From positions 96,278,640 to 96,342,639 of the forward strand of contig NC_068982.1 in assembly GCF_001194135.2 (NCBI RefSeq): a stretch of DNA of 64,000 nt. The letters run 5' to 3'. The translations under genes were made by a program, and so were the position numbers. Below, piece after piece: positions 12,495 through 24,119 of the stretch; positions within the stretch are counted from its first letter, which is position 1; the number at the start of each line of letters is the position of its first letter. The notes under the pieces are model-generated. The model made no database searches and was not told the DNA's origin. It saw nothing but the letters and a program-made list of their open reading frames with translations. This stretch comes from Octopus bimaculoides. Taxonomy: Eukaryota.

Positions 12495-13050
12495 ACAACA
12501 CTAGGTGACCAAGTTAGTAGTGGATGTGGATGCTCTGAGAGCATAGCTGTGAGAATAAGATTTCACTGGCCAAAGTTCAGAGAGTCCCTACTCCTTCTGG
12601 CAACAAAGGGCCTCTCTCTCAGAGTGAAATGCAGATTGTCTGATGCCTGTGTGCAAACAGCTATGCTACATGGCAGTGAAACATGGGCTGTGACAGCCAA
12701 GGATATGCATAGGGTTGAAAGTAATGAAGCCAGTATGGTTTACTGAATGTGCAATGTCAGTGTGCATGTTTTACAGAGTGTAAGCATCCTGAGAGAAAAG
12801 TTGGGCATAAGAGGCATCAGATGCAGTGTGCAAGAGAGATGACTGCACTGGTATGGTCATGTGATGTGTATGGATGAGGACAGCTGTGTAAAGAAATGTG
12901 GAAGGAACCTGTGGCAGAGGTAGACTCAGGAAGACATGGGACGAAGTGGTGAAGCATGATCTTTGAATGTGGGGCCTCACAGAGGCAATGACTGGTGACC
13001 AAGACCTTTGGTGATGTGCTGTGCTTAAGAGGACCCGTCAAGCCAAATGC
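12495..13050 (+). mobile_element. RTE LINE 3' fragment
   Basis: LGDQVSSG.GCSESIA.RIR..W.KFRE..LLLATKGLSLRVK...MLHGSETWAV in ORF 12423..12746, continuing with stops. Confidence 0.85.
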
Positions 13051-13520
13051 ACCCATGCTGGTGGTATGTAAAGAACACCTTTTGAGCATTAGGCCTCATA
13101 GAGGCAAAGTGTCTGAGTTCCTTTCGAGTGTTGGGCCTCACAGAGGTAAAGTAGCTAAGTTCCCTTCAAGTGTTGGGTCTCATAGAAGCAATGACCAAGA
13201 CCTTTAGCATTATGTTGTGCATGAGAAGACCTATGAAGCCGAGAAAAAGCACAGTTGTGGCAGATACCGGTGTTGCACAAATAGGCACCTGCGCCAGTGG
13301 CATGTAAAAGCACCCCAGTGTCACACCAACAGCACCCATGCTGGTGGCACATAAAAGCATCCATTGCACTTTCGGAGTGGTTGGCATTAGGAAGGACATC
13401 CAACTGTAGAAAACCATGCCAAATCAGACTAGAGTCTGGTGCAGCCTTCCAGCGTGCCAGCTCTGTCAGACCATCCAACCCATGCTAGCATGGACAATGG
13501 ACGTTAAATGATGATGATGA
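13050..13520 (+). mobile_element. RTE-type 3' UTR/tail with ~47-bp tandem units, ending in (GAT)n
   Basis: Repeated ggcctca(t/c)agagg units 13090-13200; tail ggcattaggaagg.catcca.ctgtagaaa...ccaacccatgctagcatgg...gttaaatgatgatg, also at 16.8-17.0, 49.3-49.5, 56.3-56.5 and 60.2-60.4 kb. Confidence 0.75.
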
Positions 13521-14327
13521 TATATATATACATATATTGATATATATATATATGTACATATAGATATATATAAGTGTGTTTGTATATATGTATGTATGTT
13601 TGTATGTATATATATGTATGAATGTATGTTTGTGTGTATGAACATACACACAGCAGGCATACGTACAGTTTCTGCCAATCAAATTTCATTCACAAGGTAA
13701 TCCGTCAACCTGAAACTATAGCAGAACACACTTGCAGAAGATGTCACATGGTAGTTGCAGAACAAACTTCTTAACCACTAAGCTACATTTGCATCTATAT
13801 TGTGCCATTTTTCAGTCCTCCAATCAACATTAGTATTCAATAATGAACAAAACATCAAGTGATTCATGATTTGAACTATTCCACAGTCACTGAAAGTGGA
13901 TGCTACATTATGTTCTTATTTCAAACTGTTGTTCCATAATTCACTCTAACAACATTAATTATACTATCTAACACTACTAAGAGTACATGTATACTCACTT
14001 TACAGTCAGAGTTACTCCTAATTTTGAGATGCAACTATAGTTGTCTCTATGTATGTCTATTAGTTATCTATTTGATTCTATTTCTATGTCACTATGTTAT
14101 TCTTTGCATGCTTTTGTAGGTGTGAATGGGTGGTGAGTGCACAAAATATATCACTTATTACAGGGCTAGTCTTGAAGTTTTATAGTATAAACCTCATTTA
14201 ATCTTCCTGTCTGTTTATCTGTCTGTTTTCTGTCTGTTTTTCTATGTAGTTTTTCTCTCTCTCCCTACTTTTGCAGGTGTATCTATGGATACACACACAC
14301 ACACACACATACACATATGCATATATA

Positions 14328-15600
14328 CAGGGGTTGGACAAAATAATCAAAACACCTAGCATCATAATTTTGAAATATCTATAAAACCATCAAAAGCTTG
14401 TTTATTTTTATGTTTTTTGATTTATTATTAGTGTTGCTTAATATGTGTTGCTAAAATTGCTGTTTTTTTTCAGATATCATCAGATAAAGGTAATTAAAAT
14501 TCATTAGAATGACAGATCTATCAGACTTTCAAAGAGGTCGAATTGTTGGTACTTGTATGGCAGGTGCTAGCATAATGAAAATAGCCAAAATGTTTGGTGT
14601 ATCAAGAAGTACTGTCTCGAAAGTCATGACAGCCTATGAGAATGAGGGAAAAACCTCCTTGAAACAAACAATTCCGTAAAAAACCCAAAACATTCAGATA
14701 GGGACCATTGAACTCTTACGCGAATTGTTAGAAAGGATCACAAAAGTACAACTCCCAAAATTACTGCAGAGCTTAATGACCAGCTCTAGAACCCAGTTTC
14801 CACAAAAACTGTTCACTGGGAACTGCACAAAGCTAGATTTCACAGGAGGGCTGCAACCTGAAAACCACTACTTTCAAAAACAAATGTTGCAAAGCGTTTA
14901 GAGTGGAGTAAAAACCTACAAAATTGGTCCCTAGAGCAGTGGAAGAATGTAATTTTCGTGGACAAGTCATTCTTTACCTTATTTCCAACCACTGGCTGAG
15001 TATACATGTGGAGATAGCCAAAAAAAAAAAGCATTTGATCCAGAATGCCTTCTTCCAACTGTTAAACATGGAGGAAAATCTGTGATGATCTGGAACGCTA
15101 TATTTTAGAAATTCACCGGCCCAATGGTTTCCCTTCATGGCAGAATTAATAGTCAAGACTATTTAAGCATTTTAGCTGATCAGATTCATCCTATGGTTGC
15201 AGAACTGTTTCTGGAGGGAAGCACAATCTTTTAGGGTGATAATGCACCAATTCACACAGCTAAAATTGTTACTGAATGGCACGAGGAACATTCTAGTGAA
15301 GTTGAACATCTTATCTGGCCACCACAGTCCCCAGATCTCAATATTATTGAACATTTATGGTGCATTTTAGAAAAACAAGTAAGGAGTTGATATCCTCCAC
15401 CATCATCGCTACAAGAACTGGAAACTGTTTTAGCTGAAGAATGGACAAAAATTCCTTTGGAAACAATTCAAACTTTGTAAGAGTCCATACTGCGCAGAAT
15501 TCAAGTTGAGTTGTGATTATTGCCAATGGCAGTCCTACCCCATATTAAAATAAATTTGCTTGAAATTTTAAGGTGTTTCCATTATTTTGTCCAACCCCTG
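14328..15600 (+). mobile_element. Full-length Tc1-like transposon, DD36E spacing, inactivated
   Basis: 30-bp TIRs caggggttggacaaaataat(ca/gg)aaacacct, TA on both sides; transposase 14509-15548 (MTDLSDFQRGRIVG...; VIFVD; DNAP...SPDLNIIE) with stops and frameshifts. Confidence 0.92.
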
Positions 15601-15637
<37 letters not shown>

Positions 15638-15775
15638 CTTTATTTAAAAGCAGCAGAAATATAACAAAAAAACCGTTACATTTCTGCTGCTTTTAAATAA
15701 AGCATATTACTCTACCTCTGGTATTTGAGTACTCTTTTTTCCACCTTGTTGCACATTTCATGTGCTTACTCCGGT
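15638..15775 (+). mobile_element. Collapsed palindromic copy of the 44964-45192 repeat family
   Basis: ctttatttaaaagcagcagaaat...atttctgctgcttttaaataaag palindrome plus identical tail gcatattactctac.tctggtatttgagtactc...actccggtata. Confidence 0.8.
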
Positions 15776-15936
15776 ATATATATATATATACATATATGTA
15801 TAATTCATCTGACGAAAACAGTTTCTTTACAATGATGTAATGTTTTCATTAATCAATTAAAGGCATCTTTAGAAATGGCTGTAATGGATTGATACCTGTA
15901 CCTCTACTGTTACTCATATATATATATATAATCTGA

Positions 15937-16263
15937 AGTGTACAGTATTATATATCCAATTCGGCTGATCTTACCAATCGGCTTCATGCTAGGGATTCAA
16001 CAGAGTGTTAGGTAACAATCTGATTATGTAACCCTGCATTCATCAGAGGTAGCCAATATGGAATGAAATATGGTAACTACTTTCTTTGTTGGCAGTGAAT
16101 AGACACATTCAGCAATAGAGAGCAGTCACTATATTTCATTCCATATCAGCTACCTCTGATGAGCACAGGGTAACGTAATCAGATTGTTACCTAACACTCC
16201 GTTGAATCCCTAGCGTGAAATCAATTGGTTAGATCAGCCATAATGTATAATACTGTACACTTT
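15937..16263. repeat. Long inverted repeat (~140-bp arms, ~45-bp spacer) with hammerhead-like motif
   Basis: Arms align as reverse complements (aagtgtacagtattata...ggctgatct.accaat...gctagggattcaac.gagtgttaggtaacaatctgatta...tcatcagaggtagc..atatggaatgaaatat). Confidence 0.85.
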
Positions 16264-16370
16264 GGATAATATACCCACTTTATTGACAGATATATGAGTG
16301 CATTCTTTCCTGACTTATGGACTCTTAGATGACTTACATATGTATATATATATATATATAAATGACTTAC

Positions 16371-16429
<59 letters not shown>

Positions 16430-16436
<7 letters not shown>

Positions 16437-17040
16437 GATGTCAGTATGCTCTGCTGGATGGGTAATGTCAGCATGCATATACAACAGAGTGCAAGTGATT
16501 TGAGAGAAAACTGTGTATACAAGGCATCAGACGTAGCATGCAAGAGTGAAGACTGTGCTGGTATGGCCATGTAATGCATATGAATGAAGAGAGTTGCATC
16601 AAGTGGTGCCGATCTCTAATTGTAGAGGGAATATGTGGAAAGGGTAGACTCAGGGAGACGTGGGACAAATTGGTGAGAAAGGATCTACAGATGATGGGAC
16701 CCACAGAGGGGATGACAGGGGATCAAGACTTCTGGTGTAAAAACTTAGTTGTCCTTGCATACAGGTATATCCCCTGCACCCCTCTCCAGCTGAGCAGTCC
16801 TAACCTTGTGGGCTTGTGGGTGCTGGTGCCACGTAAAAAGTACCCATATTGGTGCCATGCAAATACACCCATGACAGTGCTGTGTAAAAGCACCCAGTAT
16901 ACTTTGTAAAGTGGTTGGTATTTGGAAGGGCATCCAGCCATAGAAACCATGCCAAAACAGATTAGAGCCTGGGCAGCTATTCAGCTGACCAGCTCCTATC
17001 AAACTGTTCAACCTATGCCAGCATGGAAAACAGTCGTTAA
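16430..17040 (+). mobile_element. RTE LINE 3' fragment and tail
   Basis: HMNEESCIKWCRSLIVEGICGKGRLRETWDKLVRKDL in ORF 16574..16909, followed by the RTE tail. Confidence 0.8.
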
Positions 17041-17255
17041 CTGCTGCTGATGTGTGTGTGTGTGTGTGTGTGTGAGTGTGTGTGTACACAAGTAAGCCCA
17101 TAAATGCAATACAAGGTGGAAACAAATAGTACTCGAATACTCGAGGACAGGTAATGCTCACAACTATCCAATGAATGAGAATGTGAAGCTCTGAGTAACA
17201 GTTTTGTGATAGTTTTGCAACTAGGTGCAGGAGTGGCTGTGTGGTAAGTAGCTTG

Positions 17256-17754
17256 GATGTCATCTCAGACACGGATCTTTTCAAGGTAATAAACTTCTTC
17301 CCAGAAGATGTATTCCGCTTCCGATTAAGACGCTCTGGCCTGGCACTATCAGAGTGCTTAAGTGACACTTTGAGCCTGGTTGGGTGCCAGCAGGACGGAA
17401 AATAGTAAAAATTAAGAGGCCGAGTGCCTCATACTGAAAGGGTATATGTCCCATAAGAGAAAATGTAAAGAGGCCTAGTGTCTCATTTGTAAGGACATTG
17501 TGTTATTTTTGGTAAGAGGCTTAGTGCCTCATTGTAGGGACCCTGTGTTCAAATGGAACATTAGAAAGAAGTTTATTACCTCAAACTTTATGTTTTGTTA
17601 AAGAACAATGTTTTAGAGAAGCAGAGATTGGCAGGCGTCTTCTGCCTTCCCTCATTAATACCCTTTTTTTTCATCATTCATCTCATTAATGTTATTGTCC
17701 AGCCTGCAGCTACTACTTCTATGTAATGCCTTGATGGCAAATTGAATGAAATAG
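17256..17754 (+). mobile_element. Insertion 'A': 5'-truncated non-LTR element, 9-bp TSD
   Basis: agtagcttg at 17247-17255 and 17755-17763; 3' end tctatgtaatgccttgatggcaaattgaatgaaatag homologous to the 3' end of element B. Confidence 0.75.
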
Positions 17755-17768
17755 AGTAGCTTGCTTAC

Positions 17769-19191
17769 TACGCATGCGTTGGTTTATTTGCTTTGGTGTT
17801 TTTGGACAAGTCGGACATGATTGTTTGTGCTTCTTGGCAGTGGTTTATTGGTGCATTTTCTCACTGTTGAGACAATGTATTCAGACCGTAGCAGGCCTGA
17901 GTTGTCTTCAGCAGAGGAGGAGCTCATGAGGGTGGTGAAAAAATGGATACAATTTTGGAAAAAACAAAGAGTTTTGCTGAGGCTGCGGAGGTGAAGAGAA
18001 GGGAGGTGGACCTGGCAGGACTGAAGGTGCTGAGTAAGATGACACAGAAAGTGGGGTGATGACATGAAGTTGTTACCCCCGAGAAGGACTATGGAAAATA
18101 TGGAGAGGAAGACAATTACTTACACGGTTTACTCAGTGGAGAGTAGGAAGGTGGAACAGATGGAGATGGAAAAATAGAAAAAGCATTGAAAAAAAACTAT
18201 TGAAGGAAATGACATATATAATGAAAGGAAATAGATCTGGGACGGTGGTTGTCCAGTTTAGGACAGCAGAGGAGGCAAAGAGGTTGGTGAGTGCAACGGT
18301 GAAAATGGAGGAAGTGGTACTTCTACCCATGTACCTTGGAAGAAAGACTTCTAAGGTGAGGGTAGAAGGAATTCCACCCGATATAGAAGTGGCTTGGGTT
18401 GCGGCAGATGTCCTCGTTGGAAGTGAAGAGGAGGTGGCTGTCCTCCAAGCCACAGAAACGGAGGACAGAGGATGGAGAGGAAAAACACTGGACCTCATTA
18501 TATAAACAGAGGAGAGGCAATTGGAGGGTTTGGCGGAGACAGTTATGTTGGGAGAGATTGTGTTAAGAGTGTGGGTGGAGGGCAGCGTCCCACGATGTTT
18601 TAAATGTGGCCAAAAGAGCCACATTAGAGCGCACTGCCCTCTGCAGAGGAAAATAANNNNNNNNNNNNNNNNNNNNNNNNNNNNNNNNNNNNNNNNNNNN
18701 NNNNNNNNNNNNNNNNNNNNNNNNNNNNNNNNNNNNNNNNNNNNNNNNNNNNNNNNNNNNNNNNNNNNNNNNNNNNNNNNNNNNNNNNNNNNNNNNNNNN
18801 NNNNNNNNAAAGAAGAAAGAACAGACACCACAAAATTTACAAGACCCCTCCCTTAGTGAAAAAGGTTATGTCTACATGGAGGAGAGAGTGTTGTCACTCA
18901 GCAATGTGGAAAACGGTAAACGAACGACTAGATCAAAAACTAAAGAGGACTCAGGACTCAGAGGTGGCGAGTGGTGTTACTCAGTGTGGGATGAGTAACA
19001 CACTTTTCATATTCTCATTTCTCAGTTATCATTCATGTATCATTATTTAATATTTTGATTTTAATGTTTTTCATGTTCATTTTCATGTGTCATTCATAGC
19101 ATTATATTTTTATTTTAATTGTTATATGTCCCCACATGTGTTGTTGGGTCCTCCTCTATGTAATGCCTTTATGGCAATTTAAAAGAAATAA
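17769..19191 (+). mobile_element. Insertion 'B': Tx1/L1-like ORF1-only element, 14-bp TSD
   Basis: agtagcttgcttac at 17755-17768 and 19192-19205; ORF1 (VVLLPMYLGRKTSKVRVEGIPP...VWVEGSVPRCFKCGQKSHIRAHC, CX2CX4HX4C); ~150-N gap inside. Confidence 0.78.
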
Positions 19192-20271
19192 AGTAGCTTG
19201 CTTACCAACTGCATGGTTCCGGGTTCAGTCCCACTGTGTGGCACCTTGGGCAAGTGTCTTCTACTCTAGCCTCAAGCCGACCAAAGCCTTGTGAGTGGAT
19301 TCGGTAGACGGAACCTGAAAGAGACCCATCATTTGTGTGTCTGTGTTTGTCACCCCACCATCACTTGCCAACCGATGTTGGTGTGTTTACGTCTCCATAA
19401 CATAGTGGTTCGACAAAAGAGAATGATAGAAGAAATACTAGGCTACAATGAATGAGTTCTGGGGTCGATTTGTTCAACGAAAGGCAGTGCTCCAGCATGG
19501 CCACTGTCAAATGACTGAAACAAATAAAAGAATATGTATGTATGTGTGTATGTATATTTATGCATTGGTTTAAATGGACAGGAGAAAAAGTACTCAACTT
19601 GTCATTTCAAGTGTCTCTTCCATGACCCTGGATATCTGAGCAAGTCAGCATGTTCTAAGCACTCATGAAACTTTAAGTGATGTGGTGTTGAGCCAAAGTG
19701 TTATTATGTGTGTGTGTATATATCTTCCCGAGTGTTAAACTAATACACCTGTTTGTTTACACACCTGTCTTTGTTTTTTGTTAATTCCAACTATATATAT
19801 ATATAAAGTTAGAATTTAACTAGCACTTGGGTATGAAAAATTGGGTACACTACCAGCAGTATATTTGATAGGTACTTAGTTGGTTTCTCAACCTCTAACT
19901 CACACAGAAATACACACACACACGCGCGTACACACACACACACATACAAACACACACACATGTACATATATATAGGTGAAGGCTGTGTGGTAAAAAGCTG
20001 TTTCTTAACCAGATGGCTCTGGGCTCAGTGCCATTGCATGGCACTTTGGGCAAGTGCCTTCTACTGTAGCCTCAGACCAACTAAAACCTTATGGGTCAAT
20101 TTGGTAGATGAAAACTGAAAGAAGCCTGTCGTATTGTATGTGTGTGTGTGTTTGTTCTCAATTAACTGCAGAACATATTTCATCTGTTTATATGAAATAG
20201 CTAAAAGCTACTGTTTGTCATTAAGGGATATAAATCAATGCATTGATTTACACTGTTACACAAACACACAT

Positions 20272-20322
<51 letters not shown>

Positions 20323-20514
20323 AACATATTTATGCCCTCTCTCGTGCTGGTGCAACAATAAAATGTACCCAGTATTCTACGTATAGTGATTGGTGTCTGG
20401 TAGGGCATCTAACCAATGACATTGGAACATGTGAGCAAGACATGGTTTTCTGACCTGTCTTAGAGAGCATGCACTGCAAATAAGGACTGACCCAGACTGA
20501 GATAACCTAACCAA

Positions 20515-21640
20515 TTTACCAGGCTGAGTCAAAAGTTTTATTGTATTTCAAGCTTTAATGAATAGTTCAAATTACATATGAAAAGCATTTATTCATCAAA
20601 ATATATCCCATCAGGTTTTATTGTCTGTTGTCATCGTGTGAGGTTTATTTGGCTAGTTCAGAGGCAAAAAACTCTCTGCACCCATTTTCAACCTCATCAA
20701 CACTGCCAAACTTGAAGGAAATGGTCCATATCTCAGAAAAGGTATTCTCGATGGTGCAAGATCTGGACTGTAGTCAGGGTGAGGCAGTACTTCCAACCCC
20801 TCAAGTTTGCATTTGGTCACATTACCAGTATATCCTGGGGTATTGTCATACTTGTAGGAGTGTGCATCTTCAGTTGACCATTTGCCATGTAGTGAGCTTT
20901 CGAAGCATCATATACTTGCTGTAGTGGCTGAACATAAAGTTTAGTGTTCATATCATGACTATCTGGGACAAGCGCAAGGTGCAACAACTGTTCAAAATTC
21001 CACCCTACACATAATATGAACTTCTGTTCAAACCAATCTTGTTTAACAACAGGTTCTGAAGCCTGGCTGGAATGAAGCCATTCGTTTCTCTTATTAGGAT
21101 TATGAAAATAGGGCTATTTTCCATCCCCAGTTAAAATTCAGTGCTCAAAACAGGCATCTTGAGGATTTGCTGGTAGTTGTTTGCAAATGTTCACACATCA
21201 CTGAGCCTGGTCATTGGTCAGTTTACAAGGAACTTCTAGACAGCATCTTTTCACAAGCTCAAGCTTATTGAGATGTTGGTTGATGTTGCTTTATCAAGGG
21301 CCAAATTCTGCCATCAATGTATGAGTGCCTATTGTTCAACCATTTCAAGCATAGTCTCATTTTCCACAACAGACGGTCTCCCTGACCTTGGCATGTCTTT
21401 GAGACTGGTATCACCTTCCTTGAAATGTCTGAACCAGTCTTGTATCACACATTCATTGACAGTTCCCAGGCCTTCCACATCATTAATTTCTTTTGCTTCC
21501 ATAGATAGACTAAAATATCTCTAATTGCAATTTATTCACAACTCATTATTATCAAAGCTGTAAAATAAAGAATAAACAATTAATGTTTATGTTACTGGCT
21601 TAAAAGCTGCAACCCATGCAAACTTTTACACTAACTCCTG
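20515..21640 (-). mobile_element. Degenerate mariner transposon
   Basis: Minus strand gives DWFRHFKEGDTSLKDMPRSGRPS, ILTGDGK and YSPDLAPS motifs with many stops; TIRs eroded. Confidence 0.8.
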
Positions 21641-22284
21641 CAGAGGGCTAATTGGGTCTGCTGCCCAAAACTAAAGAGAGCTAAATAGCATGACTATAAT
21701 ATGTCTATAATGACTATATGCCCCAGTGGTGTTTAATCAGAGGTTAAGGACGGATGAGAATTAATTCTGTAATGCAATCATTCTGTTGTCAAGTTAAATT
21801 CCTATTGTTGGCCAATTTGTCCCAGAGTTCTTATCTCAATGTAAAATTAATTAAGCGAATGTCATTTATCTCCCCCATGATCTCTGATGTTATCTGACAA
21901 ACGCCAACCAAGATGGCGTGAATCAGCCAAGCTTTACCTGCTGGAAATAGCAACCGAAATACTTTTAAATCAGATCCCAATGCTGAATGTTCAAGAACCA
22001 AATGAAGGGTAGATTTTCAATCCCAGGATCATCCCGATTCAAAAAAAATATAATATGTTTATGTAGAGCAAATGTAGACTGATAAAGATGGACTGACAGA
22101 ATTTCACTTTTATTAATATAGATATATGAAAATAAAAAATAAACAATTCAACAACAATTGGACAACATGTTGAATCAAATTAATGATATAACATGGAAAT
22201 ACAGGTTGCCAAAATTCATCAGTGAAAATCTGAAAAAATGTTTGTCTCAAACTGGTATACTAGCATGAAAACTGGACATAGAAT

Positions 22285-22385
22285 GTTGATGATGATGTTG
22301 ATGATGATGATGATGATGGTGATGTTGATAATGATGATGATGATGATGTTGATGATAGTGATGATGATTATGATGATGATGATGA
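22285..22385. repeat. (GAT)n microsatellite
   Basis: Imperfect gatgatgat run. Confidence 0.9.
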
Positions 22386-23467
22386 CTATTTGTCATCTGC
22401 TGTATTTTTTCATGCTAGTATGGGTTGGATGAGGGGATGTATGTGAGATAGGCCTTTGAAAGTGCAAAGCAATTAGTCATAATGTCATCAAAGAATGACG
22501 TAAACATCATATCCCTGTTTCTCTCAAGTGAAGCCATGACATATCGACATTCACACACATTTAACTGTACACACACACACACACACGCACACCTATACCA
22601 GCGTGGAAGCTGGATATTAAAATATTGATGAAGATGATGACACATGCTTTAGGATTCCTATAGTCTCCATTTATAAAATTCACTTCAACTATAGCGTGTG
22701 TCTATAGTAGAAGACGCTTGTGCAAGTTGCTATGCAGTGGCGGATGGGGTGAACCCAAAAGCACGTGGTTGTGAAGTAGACTTCTTAACCACACAACCAT
22801 ATTTCCGCCGATCAATTGCGTAGCTAGAGTGTGTTCCGCTCGGAGCAGCCCTTAAGTTTCCAGCCTCCCACACGCCGGGTCACCAGAACCTATACTGTCT
22901 TATATTGTAGACCCAAAGGTGTCGCTCCCGTTAAAGTGTCGCCCGAGACGGACCGCCGTCTTCCTTAGCTATTCTACCGGTGCCTATATATTATAGCACG
23001 GGCTTCTACACTGTTTCCGTCCACCAAATTTTACTCGCAACTTATTGGTTAACCTGGGGCCACAGTCAAAAGCTCTTGATCAGTATACCATGCATTGAAA
23101 TCAAACTCAGTACAACATGGTTGCAATGCAAACTTCTAAACCATACAGCTATGATTGCACATATTATCGAACTACATTACAGATAAAATAGATACAAAGA
23201 TCGTCTAGAATAATTCCGTCCCACTTCTCGTCTGATATTTCCAAAAATAAATGCCTGAATAGTTTGAACGAGTTCTAGCTGTCACTTAGTACTATGATAT
23301 ATGTAATTCTGGCAAGGAAGAAGTGGATTAAATATAGAGAATTTAGTTGACAGATGCTAAAGAACTTGTTATCAGAAACTGGAGTATAAATATAGCCTTG
23401 TTTTTATTTGTCATTACTATCATCCTAAATTATGCGTGTGCATACATACATGCATATGTATATATAT

Positions 23468-23498
<31 letters not shown>

Positions 23499-24119
23499 TA
23501 CTGATAGAGAGAGAGAATCAAGAAGTGGTGAATTTGTGCGGGAAGAAAAAAAATGAGACACTGGAGATAATGTTAGACAACAGAGAAGTGAGAGAAAGTA
23601 GAGTCAGAGAGAGAGAGAGAGAGAAAAGTAGATGTAAACAGAGAGGGAAACATACGGAAAGTAAATGAGAGAGAGAGGAGAAAAGAAAGAGTAGGGAAAG
23701 AAAATTAAAAGTTTAGAAAATTGATAATGTACACATTCAGAGGAAAAAGTTAGTGAAAGAAAGAATAAAATCCAGACAGAAAGTATAATTTAGATACATA
23801 TATAGACAGATAGTCACACATATTCACATAAGATCTTGTATAATTTAGACATATATAGACAGTCACACATATATAGTATAAATGTATGTATATAGAGAGA
23901 GAGAAAAAAGAGAAATAAAAAAAGTGACAGGCAGACAGAGAGTGATATAGAGAGGCAGATAGATAGAAAGCAACAGAGAAAGTGGATTGATCTATGCAGA
24001 CATAATATGCGTAGAGAATGACAGAAAAGAAAACTAATAGTGAAACATTTATTTAGATAGATAGATAGAGAAAGAAAGAAAGAGAGCAGTTCCTTGTTAG
24101 CTGAAAACCATGCTTCTCT

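Larger units (their letters stand above)
17224..19530 (+). mobile_element. Family-1 SINE interrupted by two tandem insertions
   Basis: Head 17224-17255 (ggtgcaggagtggctgtgtggtaagtagcttg) resumes at 19192 (agtagcttgcttaccaactgcatggttccgggttcagtccc...) and runs to the gactgaaacaaataaaag tail. Confidence 0.88.
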
